The notes below the pieces were generated by a model. That model worked only from the letters and a program-made list of their open reading frames with translations, had not been told where the DNA came from and searched no databases. A stretch of 64,000 nucleotides of DNA from Laetmonice hystrix (lineage: Eukaryota), in NCBI GenBank assembly GCA_965235115.1, contig OZ249436.1, forward strand, positions 47,184,001-47,248,000, in the 5' to 3' direction. The position numbers were made by a program, and so were the translations under genes. Positions 21,402 to 33,400 of the stretch are shown here, piece by piece (within the stretch, counting starts at the first letter, position 1; the number at the start of each line of letters is the position of its first letter).

Positions 21402-24400
21402 ACTGTTTGGCCTCACTGTAGTGTTCGTTTGGGTGCTAGGCCAGCCAGTATACCTTGTAGCGATTCCTCCCCGTACTGTTTGGCAAGAGTAGCCAGTAGT
21501 ATAGGGACGCCTCATGTTTCAGTTTCCATGCCTTTATTGTCTAGGAGGCAGGCCATCCGTTTCGTCTATCATCTACTCCCATCTAATCTGTGTCCCCTAC
21601 ATACCATCTGTAAGCGTCCGACAACGTTGTCAGGCCGTCCCAATGACTGTTTGCCGTCAAGGTTTAGTTAACAATGGCAAATGACGTTGAACGCCTATTC
21701 TATATCAGATATCCCATCCCCAAGTAACAAACAAACAAAGGATGATTACCCAGAGATATTGCCGGCAGAAAACACCAGGGTGCAGCTGACGGCGCTGACT
21801 GCACTGCCGCCTTCCGGCCAGCGGTGGAATCACCACGTACACCTCGCCGGGCTGGCAGGCACCTGTGGCCCTGAGGCGAGAGACAGGTTAAAGCAACGAT
21901 AAGCGAAACATTTCTACATTTGTGTACGTCAAATTGAATGTACGGCCCCCAAAATTATTATTCTTAGGCCAGATGTATAATTGTCAAGCGTATAGGTCTC
22001 GTACGTTCGCTACAGATATATGGTTGTGATGTGTACACTTCCCATTTGAGTATCTTCTCCTGATTTTAACATTAGATGCTCCTCGCCTGTACCTTTCATT
22101 TTCACTACCTCACTGTAGTGTTTGCATGGCTACTATAGGCCAGCTGGTAAGTTGTAGGGACTTCTCACTCTACTGGTTGGCCTCCCACACTGCTTGGCCC
22201 CATAGTGTACTGTTTGGCCTCACTGTACTGTTTGGCCTCACTGTAGTGTTCGTTTGGGTGCTAGGCCAGCCAGTATACCTTGTAGCGATTCCTCCCCGTA
22301 CTGTTTGGCAAGAGTAGCCAGTAGTATAGGGACGCCTCATGTTTCAGTTTCCATGCCTTTATTGTCTAGGAGGCAGGCCATCCGTTTCGTCTATCATCTA
22401 CTCCCATCTAATCTGTGTCCCCTACATACCATCTGTAAGCGTCCGACAACGTTGTCAGGCCGTCCCAATGACTGTTTGCCGTCAAGGTTTAGTTAACAAT
22501 GGCAAATGACGTTGAACGCCTATTCTATATCAGATATCCCATCCCCAAGTAACAAACAAACAAAGGATGATTACCCAGAGATATTGCCGGCAGAAAACAC
22601 CAGGGTGCAGCTGACGGCGCTGACTGCACTGCCGCCTTCCGGCCAGCGGTGGAATCCCCACGTACACCTCGCCGGGCTGGCAGGCACCTGTGGCCCTGAG
22701 GCGAGAGACAGGTTAAAGCAACGATAAGCGAAACATTTCTACATTTTTGTACGTCAAATTGAATGTACGGCCCCCAAAATTATTATTCTTAGGCCAGATG
22801 TATAATTGTCAAGCGTATAGGTCTCGTACGTTCGCTACAGATATATGGTTGTGATGTGTACACTTCCCATTTGAGTATCTTCTCCTGATTTTAACATTAG
22901 ATCCTCCTCACCTGTACCTTTCATTTTCACTACCTCACTGTAGTGTTTGCATGGCTACTATAGGCCAGCTGGTAAGTTGTAGGGATTTCTCACTCTACTG
23001 GTTGGCCTCCCACACTGCTTGGCTCCATAGTGTACTCACTGTACTCTTTGGCCTCACTGTAGTGTTCGTTTGGGTGCTAAGCCAGCCAGTATACCATGTA
23101 GCGATTCCTCCCCGTACTGTTTGGCCTCCCTGTACCGTTTGCTTGTATACAAGAGTAGCCAGTAGTATAGGGACGCCTCATGTTTCAGTTTCCATGCCTT
23201 TATTGTCCAGGAGGCAGGCCATCCGTTTCGTCTATCATCTACTCCCATCTAATCTGTGTCCCCTACATACCATCTGTAAGCGTCCGACAACGTTGTCAGA
23301 TCGTCCCAATGACTGTTTGCCGTCAAGGTTTAGTTAACAATGGCAAATGACGTTGAACGCCTATTCTATATCAGATATCCCATCCCCACGTAACAAACAA
23401 ACAAAGGATGATTACCCAGAGATATTGCCGGCAGAAAACACCAGGGTGCAGCTGACGGCGCTGACTGCACTGCCGCCTTCCGGCCAGCGGTGGAATCACC
23501 ACGTACACCTCGCCGGGCTGGCAGGCACCTGTGGCCCTGAGGCGAGAGACAGGTTAAAGCAACGATAAGCGAAACATTTCTACATTTGTGTACGTCAAAT
23601 TGAATGTACGGCCCCCAAAATTATTATTCTTAGGCCAGATGTATAATTGTCAAGCGTATAGGTCTCGTACGTTCGCTACAGATATATGGTTGTGATGTGT
23701 ACACTTCCCATTTGAGTATCTTCTCCTGATTTTAACATTAGATGCTCCTCGCCTGTACCTTTCATTTTCACTACCTCACTGTAGTGTTTGCATGGCTACT
23801 ATAGGCCAGCTGGTAAGTTGTAGGGATTTCTCACTCTACTGGTTGGCCTCCCACACTGCTTGGCTCCATAGTGTACTCACTGTACTCTTTGGCCTCACTG
23901 TAGTGTTCGTTTGGGTGCTAAGCCAGCCAGTATACCATGTAGCGATTCCTCCCCGTACTGTTTGGCCTCCCTGTACCGTTTGCTTGTATACAAGAGTAGC
24001 CAGTAGTATAGGGACGCCTCATGTTTCAGTTTCCATGCCTTTATTGTCCAGGAGGCAGGCCATCCGTTTCGTCTATCATCTACTCCCATCTAATCTGTGT
24101 CCCCTACATACCATCTGTAAGCGTCCGACAACGTTGTCAGGTCGTCCCAATGACTGTTTGCCGTCAAGGTTTAGTTAACAATATCAAATGACGTTGAACG
24201 CCTATTCTATATCAGATATCCCATCCCCAAGTAACAAACAAACAAAAGATGATTACCCAGAGATATTGCCGGCAGAAAACACCAGGGTGCAGCTGACGGC
24301 GCTGACTGCACTGCCGCCTTCCGGCCAGCGGTGGAATCACCACGTACACCTGGCCGGGCTGGCAGGCACCTGTGGCCCTGAAGCGAGAGACAGGTTAAAG

Positions 24401-27400
24401 CAATGATAAGCAAAAAATGGCTACATTTTTGATACGTCAAATTGAAAGTACGGCCCCCAAAATTATTATTCTTAGGCCAGATGTATAATTGTCAAGCGTA
24501 TAGGTCTCGTACGTTCGCTACAGATATATGGTTGTGATGTGTACACTTCCCATTTGAGTATCTTCTCCTGATTTTAACATTAGATGCTCCTCGCCTGTAC
24601 CTTTCATTTTCACTACCTCACTGTAGTGTTTGCATGGCTACTATAGGCCAGCTGGTAAGTTGTAGGGACTTCTCACTCTACTGGTTGGCCTCCCACACTG
24701 CTTGGCCCCATAGTGTACTGTTTGGCCTCACTGTACTGTTTGGCCTCACTGTAGTGTTCGTTTGGGTGCTAGGCCAGCCAGTATACCTTGTAGCGATTCC
24801 TCCCCGTACTGTTTGGCAAGAGTAGCCAGTAGTATAGGGACGCCTCATGTTTCAGTTTCCATGCCTTTATTGTCTAGGAGGCAGGCCATCCGTTTCGTCT
24901 ATCATCTACTCCCATCTAATCTGTGTCCCCTACATACCATCTGTAAGCGTCCGACAACGTTGTCAGGCCGTCCCAATGACTGTTTGCCGTCAAGGTTTAG
25001 TTAACAATGGCAAATGACGTTGAACGCCTATTCTATATCAGATATCCCATCCCCAAGTAACAAACAAACAAAGGATGATTACCCAGAGATATTGCCGGCA
25101 GAAAACACCAGGGTGCAGCTGACGGCGCTGACTGCACTGCCGCCTTCCGGCCAGCGGTGGAATCACCACGTACACCTCGCCGGGCTGGCAGGCACCTGTG
25201 GCCCTGAGGCGAGAGACAGGTTAAAGCAACGATAAGCGAAACATTTCTACATTTTTGTACGTCAAATTGAATGTACGGCCCCCAAAATTATTATTCTTAG
25301 GCCAGATGTATAATTGTCAAGCGTATAGGTCTCGTACGTTCGCTACAGATATATGGTTGTGATGTGTACACTTCCCATTTGAGTATCTTCTCCTGATTTT
25401 AACATTAGATCCTCCTCACCTGTACCTTTCATTTTCACTACCTCACTGTAGTGTTTGCATGGCTACTATAGGCCAGCTGGTAAGTTGTAGGGATTTCTCA
25501 CTCTACTGGTTGGCCTCCCACACTGCTTGGCTCCATAGTGTACTCACTGTACTCTTTGGCCTCACTGTAGTGTTCGTTTGGGTGCTAAGCCAGCCAGTAT
25601 ACCATGTAGCGATTCCTCCCCGTACTGTTTGGCCTCCCTGTACCGTTTGCTTGTATACAAGAGTAGCCAGTAGTATAGGGACGCCTCATGTTTCAGTTTC
25701 CATGCCTTTATTGTCCAGGAGGCAGGCCATCCGTTTCGTCTATCATCTACTCCCATCTAATCTGTGTCCCCTACATACCATCTGTAAGCGTCCGACAACG
25801 TTGTCAGATCGTCCCAATGACTGTTTGCCGTCAAGGTTTAGTTAACAATGGCAAATGACGTTGAACGCCTATTCTATATCAGATATCCCATCCCCACGTA
25901 ACAAACAAACAAAGGATGATTACCCAGAGATATTGCCGGCAGAAAACACCAGGGTGCAGCTGACGGCGCTGACTGCACTGCCGCCTTCCGGCCAGCGGTG
26001 GAATCACCACGTACACCTGGCCGGGCTGGCAGGCACCTGTGGCCCTGAGGCGAGAGACAGGTTAAAGCAACGATAAGCGAAACATTTCTACATTTGTGTA
26101 CGTCAAATTGAATGTACGGCCCCCAAAATTATTATTCTTAGGCCAGATGTATAATTGTCAAGCGTATAGGTCTCGTACGTTCGCTACAGATATATGGTTG
26201 TGATGTGTACACTTCCCATTTGAGTATCTTCTCCTGAATTTAACATTAGATCCTCCTCGCCTGTACCCTTCATTTTCACTACCTCACTGTAGTGTTTGCA
26301 TGGCTACTATAGGCCAGCTGGTAAGTTGTAGGGACTTCTCACTCTACTGGTTGGCCTCCCACACTGCTTGGCTCCATAGTGTACTCACTGTACTCTTTGG
26401 CCTCACCGTAGTGTTCGTTTGGGTGCTAAGCCAACCAGTATACCTTGTAGCAATTCCTCCCCGTACTGTTTGGCCTCCCTGTACCGTTTGCTTGTATACA
26501 AGAGTAGCCAGTAGTATAGGGACGCCTCATGTTTCAGTTTCCATGCCTTTATTGTCCAGGAGGCAGGCCATCCATTTCGTCTATCATCTACTCCCATCTA
26601 ATCTGTGTCCCCTACATACCATCTGTAAGCGTCCGACAACGTTGTCAGGTCGTCCCAATGACTGTTTGCCGTCAAGGTTTAGTTAACAATGGCAAATGAC
26701 GTTGAACGCCTATTCTATATCAGATATCCCATCCCCAAGTAACAAACAAACAAAAGATGATTACCCAGAGATATTGCCGGCAGAAAACACCAGGGTGCAG
26801 CTGACGGCGCTGACTGCACTGCCGCCTTCCGGCCAGCGGTGGAATCACCACGTACACCTCGCCGGGCTGGCAGGCACCTGTGGCCCTGAAGCGAGAGACA
26901 GGTTAAAGCAATGATAAGCAAAAAAAGACTACATTTTTGATACGTCAAATTGAAAGTACGGCCCCCAAAATTATTATTCTTAGGCCAGATGTATAATTGT
27001 CAAGCGTATAGGTCTCGTACGTTCGCTACAGATATATGGTTGTGATGTGTACACTTCCCATTTGAGTATCTTCTCCTGAATTTAACATTAGATCCTCCTC
27101 GCCTGTACCCTTCATTTTCACTACCTCACTGTAGTGTTTGCATGGCTACTATAGGCCAGCTGGTAAGTTGTAGGGACTTCTCACTCTACTGGTTGGCCTC
27201 CCACACTGCTTGGCTCCATAGTGTACTCACTGTACTCTTTGGCCTCACCGTAGTGTTCGTTTGGGTGCTAAGCCAACCAGTATACCTTGTAGCAATTCCT
27301 CCCCGTACTGTTTGGCCTCCCTGTACCGTTTGCTTGTATACAAGAGTAGCCAGTAGTATAGGGACGCCTCATGTTTCAGTTTCCATGCCTTTATTGTCCA

Positions 27401-30400
27401 GGAGGCAGGCCATCCATTTCGTCTATCATCTACTCCCATCTAATCTGTGTCCCCTACATACCATCTGTAAGCGTCCGACAACGTTGTCAGGTCGTCCCAA
27501 TGACTGTTTGCCGTCAAGGTTTAGTTAACAATGGCAAATGACGTTGAACGCCTATTCTATATCAGATATCCCATCCCCAAGTAACAAACAAACAAAAGAT
27601 GATTACCCAGAGATATTGCCGGCAGAAAACACCAGGGTGCAGCTGACGGCGCTGACTGCACTGCCGCCTTCCGGCCAGCGGTGGAATCACCACGTACACC
27701 TGGCCGGGCTGGCAGGCACCTGTGGCCCTGAAGCGAGAGACAGGTTAAAGCAATGATTAGCAAAAAATGACTACATTTTTGATACGTCAAATTGAAAGTA
27801 CGGCCCCCAAAATTATTATTCTTAGGCCAGATGTATAATTGTCAAGCGTATAGGTCTCGTACGTTCGCTACAGATATATGGTTGTGATGTGTACACTTCC
27901 CATTTGAGTATCTTCTCCTGATTTTAACATTAGATCCTCCTCGCCTGTACCTTTCATTTTCACTACCTCACTGTAGTGTTTGCATGGCTACTATAGGCCA
28001 GCTGATAAGTTGTAGGGATTTCTCACTCTACTGGTTGGCCTCCCACACTGCTTGGCTCCATAGTGTACTCACTGTACTCTTTGGCCTCACTGTAGTGTTC
28101 GTTTGGATGCTAGGCCAGCCAGTATACCATGTAGCGATTCCTCCCCGTACTGTTTGGCAAGAGTAGCCAGTAGTATAGGGACGCCTCATGTTTCAGTTTC
28201 CATGCCTTTATTGTCCAGGAGGCAGGCCATCCGTTTCGTCTATCATCTACTCCCATCTAATCTGTGTCCCCTACATACCATCTGTAAGCGTCCGACAACG
28301 TTGTCAGGCCGTCCCAATGACTCTTTGCCGTCAAGGTTTAGTTAACAATGGCAAATGACGTTGAACGCCTATTCTATATCAGATATCCCATCCCCAAGTA
28401 ACAAACAAACAAAGGATGATTACCCAGAGATATTGCCGGCAGAAAACACCAGGGTGCAGCTGACGGCGCTGACTGCACTGCCGCCTTCCGGCCAGCGGTG
28501 GAATCACCACGTACACCTCGCCGGCTGGCAGGCACCTGTGGCCCTGAGGCGAGAGACAGGTTAAAGCAACGATAAGCGAAACATTTCTACATTTTTGTAC
28601 GTCAAATTGAAAGTACGGCCCCCAAAATTATTATTCTTAGGCCAGATGTATAATTGTCAAGCGTATAGGTCTCGTACGTTCGCTACAGATATATGGTTGT
28701 GATGTGTACACTTCCCATTTGAGTATCTTCTCCTGATTTTAACATTAGATCCTCCTCGCCTGTACCTTTCATTTTCACTTCCTCACTGTAGTGTTTGCAT
28801 GGCTACTATAGGCCAGCTGGTAAGTTGTAGGGACTTCTCACTCTACTGGTTGGCCTCCCACACTGCTTGGCTCCATAGTGTACTCACTGTACTCTTTGGC
28901 CTCACTGTAGTGTTCGTTTGGGTGCTAAGCCAGCCAGTATACCATGTAGCGATTAATCCCCGTACTGTTTGGCCTCCCTGTACCGTTTGCTTGTATACAA
29001 GAGTAGCCAGTAGTATAGGGACGCCTCATGTTTCAGTTTCCATGCCTTTATTGTCTAGGAGGCAGGCCATCCGTTTCGTCTATCATCTACTCCCATCTAA
29101 TCTGTGTCCCCTACATACCATCTGTAAGCGTCCGACAACGTTGTCAGGCCGTCCCAATGACTGTTTGCCGTCAAGGTTTAGTTAACAATGGCAAATGACG
29201 TTGAACGCCTATTCTATATCAGATATCCCATCCCCAAGTAACAAACAAACAAAGGATGATTACCCAGAGATATTGCCGGCAGAAAACACCAGGGTGCAGC
29301 TGACGGCGCTGACTGCACTGCCGCCTTCCGGCCAGCGGTGGAATCACCACGTACACCTCGCCGGGCTGGCAGGCACCTGTGGCCCTGAGGCGAGAGACAG
29401 GTTAAAGCAACGATAAGCGAAACATTTCTACATTTTTGTACGTCAAATTGAATGTACGGCCCCCAAAATTATTATTCTTAGGCCAGATGTATAATTGTCA
29501 AGCGTATAGGTCTCGTACGTTCGCTACAGATATATGGTTGTGATGTGTACACTTCCCATTTGAGTATCTTCTCCTGATTTTAACATTAGATCCTCCTCAC
29601 CTGTACCTTTCATTTTCACTACCTCACTGTAGTGTTTGCATGGCTACTATAGGCCAGCTGGTAAGTTGTAGGGATTTCTCACTCTACTGGTTGGCCTCCC
29701 ACACTGCTTGGCTCCATAGTGTACTCACTGTACTCTTTGGCCTCACTGTAGTGTTCGTTTGGGTGCTAAGCCAGCCAGTATACCATGTAGCGATTCCTCC
29801 CCGTACTGTTTGGCCTCCCTGTACCGTTTGCTTGTATACAAGAGTAGCCAGTAGTATAGGGACGCCTCATGTTTCAGTTTCCATGCCTTTATTGTCCAGG
29901 AGGCAGGCCATCCGTTTCGTCTATCATCTACTCCCATCTAATCTGTGTCCCCTACATACCATCTGTAAGCGTCCGACAACGTTGTCAGATCGTCCCAATG
30001 ACTGTTTGCCGTCAAGGTTTAGTTAACAATGGCAAATGACGTTGAACGCCTATTCTATATCAGATATCCCATCCCCACGTAACAAACAAACAAAGGATGA
30101 TTACCCAGAGATATTGCCGGCAGAAAACACCAGGGTGCAGCTGACGGCGCTGACTGCACTGCCGCCTTCCGGCCAGCGGTGGAATCACCACGTACACCTC
30201 GCCGGGCTGGCAGGCACCTGTGGCCCTGAGGCGAGAGACAGGTTAAAGCAACGATAAGCGAAACATTTCTACATTTGTGTACGTCAAATTGAATGTACGG
30301 CCCCCAAAATTATTATTCTTAGGCCAGATGTATAATTGTCAAGCGTATAGGTCTCGTACGTTCGCTACAGATATATGGTTGTGATGTGTACACTTCCCAT

Positions 30401-33400
30401 TTGAGTATCTTCTCCTGATTTTAACATTAGATGCTCCTCGCCTGTACCTTTCATTTTCACTACCTCACTGTAGTGTTTGCATGGCTACTATAGGCCAGCT
30501 GGTAAGTTGTAGGGACTTCTCACTCTACTGGTTGGCCTCCCACACTGCTTGGCCCCATAGTGTACTGTTTGGCCTCACTGTACTGTTTGGCCTCACTGTA
30601 GTGTTCGTTTGGGTGCTAGGCCAGCCAGTATACCTTGTAGCGATTCCTCCCCGTACTGTTTGGCAAGAGTAGCCAGTAGTATAGGGACGCCTCATGTTTC
30701 AGTTTCCATGCCTTTATTGTCTAGGAGGCAGGCCATCCGTTTCGTCTATCATCTACTCCCATCTAATCTGTGTCCCCTACATACCATCTGTAAGCGTCCG
30801 ACAACGTTGTCAGGCCGTCCCAATGACTGTTTGCCGTCAAGGTTTAGTTAACAATGGCAAATGACGTTGAACGCCTATTCTATATCAGATATCCCATCCC
30901 CAAGTAACAAACAAACAAAGGATGATTACCCAGAGATATTGCCGGCAGAAAACACCAGGGTGCAGCTGACGGCGCTGACTGCACTGCCGCCTTCCGGCCA
31001 GCGGTGGAATCACCACGTACACCTCGCCGGGCTGGCAGGCACCTGTGGCCCTGAGGCGAGAGACAGGTTAAAGCAACGATAAGCGAAACATTTCTACATT
31101 TTTGTACGTCAAATTGAATGTACGGCCCCCAAAATTATTATTCTTAGGCCAGATGTATAATTGTCAAGCGTTTAGGTCTCGTACGTTCGCTACAGATATA
31201 TGGTTGTGATGTGTACACTTCCCATTTGAGTATCTTCTCCTGATTTTAACATTAGATCCTCCTCACCTGTACCTTTCATTTTCACTACCTCACTGTAGTG
31301 TTTGCATGGCTACTATAGGCCAGCTGGTAAGTTGTAGGGATTTCTCACTCTACTGGTTGGCCTCCCACACTGCTTGGCTCCATAGTGTACTCACTGTACT
31401 CTTTGGCCTCACTGTAGTGTTCGTTTGGGTGCTAAGCCAGCCAGTATACCATGTAGCGATTCCTCCCCGTACTGTTTGGCCTCCCTGTACCGTTTGCTTG
31501 TATACAAGAGTAGCCAGTAGTATAGGGACGCCTCATGTTTCAGTTTCCATGCCTTTATTGTCCAGGAGGCAGGCCATCCGTTTCGTCTATCATCTACTCC
31601 CATCTAATCTGTGTCCCCTACATACCATCTGTAAGCGTCCGACAACGTTGTCAGATCGTCCCAATGACTCTTTGCCGTCAAGGTTTAGTTAACAATGGCA
31701 AATGACGTTGAACGCCTATTCTATATCAGATATCCCATCCCCACGTAACAAACAAACAAAGGATGATTACCCAGAGATATTGCCGGCAGAAAACACCAGG
31801 GTGCAGCTGACGGCGCTGACTGCACTGCCGCCTTCCGGCCAGCGGTGGAATCACCACGTACACCTCGCCGGGCTGGCAGGCACCTGTGGCCCTGAGGCGA
31901 GAGACAGGTTAAAGCAACGATAAGCGAAACATTTCTACATTTGTGTACGTCAAATTGAATGTACGGCCCCCAAAATTATTATTCTTAGGCCAGATGTATA
32001 ATTGTCAAGCGTATAGGTCTCGTACGTTCGCTACAGATATATGGTTGTGATGTGTACACTTCCCATTTGAGTATCTTCTCCTGATTTTAACATTAGATGC
32101 TCCTCGCCTGTACCTTTCATTTTCACTACCTCACTGTAGTGTTTGCATGGCTACTATAGGCCAGCTGGTAAGTTGTAGGGATTTCTCACTCTACTGGTTG
32201 GCCTCCCACACTGCTTGGCTCCATAGTGTACTCACTGTACTCTTTGGCCTCACTGTAGTGTTCGTTTGGGTGCTAAGCCAGCCAGTATACCATGTAGCGA
32301 TTCCTCCCCGTACTGTTTGGCCTCCCTGTACCGTTTGCTTGTATACAAGAGTAGCCAGTAGTATAGGGACGCCTCATGTTTCAGTTTCCATGCCTTTATT
32401 GTCCAGGAGGCAGGCCATCCGTTTCGTCTATCATCTACTCCCATCTAATCTGTGTCCCCTACATACCATCTGTAAGCGTCCGACAACGTTGTCAGGTCGT
32501 CCCAATGACTGTTTGCCGTCAAGGTTTAGTTAACAATATCAAATGACGTTGAACGCCTATTCTATATCAGATATCCCATCCCCAAGTAACAAACAAACAA
32601 AAGATGATTACCCAGAGATATTGCCGGCAGAAAACACCAGGGTGCAGCTGACGGCGCTGACTGCACTGCCGCCTTCCGGCCAGCGGTGGAATCACCACGT
32701 ACACCTGGCCGGGCTGGCAGGCACCTGTGGCCCTGAAGCGAGAGACAGGTTAAAGCAATGATAAGCAAAAAATGGCTACATTTTTGATACGTCAAATTGA
32801 AAGTACGGCCCCCAAAATTATTATTCTTAGGCCAGATGTATAATTGTCAAGCGTATAGGTCTCGTACGTTCGCTACAGATATATGGTTGTGATGTGTACA
32901 CTTCCCATTTGAGTATCTTCTCCTGATTTTAACATTAGATGCTCCTCGCCTGTACCTTTCATTTTCACTACCTCACTGTAGTGTTTGCATGGCTACTATA
33001 GGCCAGCTGGTAAGTTGTAGGGACTTCTCACTCTACTGGTTGGCCTCCCACACTGCTTGGCCCCATAGTGTACTGTTTGGCCTCACTGTACTGTTTGGCC
33101 TCACTGTAGTGTTCGTTTGGGTGCTAGGCCAGCCAGTATACCTTGTAGCGATTCCTCCCCGTACTGTTTGGCAAGAGTAGCCAGTAGTATAGGGACGCCT
33201 CATGTTTCAGTTTCCATGCCTTTATTGTCTAGGAGGCAGGCCATCCGTTTCGTCTATCATCTACTCCCATCTAATCTGTGTCCCCTACATACCATCTGTA
33301 AGCGTCCGACAACGTTGTCAGGCCGTCCCAATGACTGTTTGCCGTCAAGGTTTAGTTAACAATGGCAAATGACGTTGAACGCCTATTCTATATCAGATAT

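Noticed and set aside
21241..21420. Repeat-spacer-repeat pattern resembling CRISPR acquisition
   Set aside because: There is a single 143-bp insert, the repeats are pre-existing 18-bp minisatellite units, there are no cas genes, and the insert has SINE hallmarks.
21396..21671. Unique 91-aa ORF
   Set aside because: It arises from a GTG at the insertion edge running into the ordinary monomer frame.
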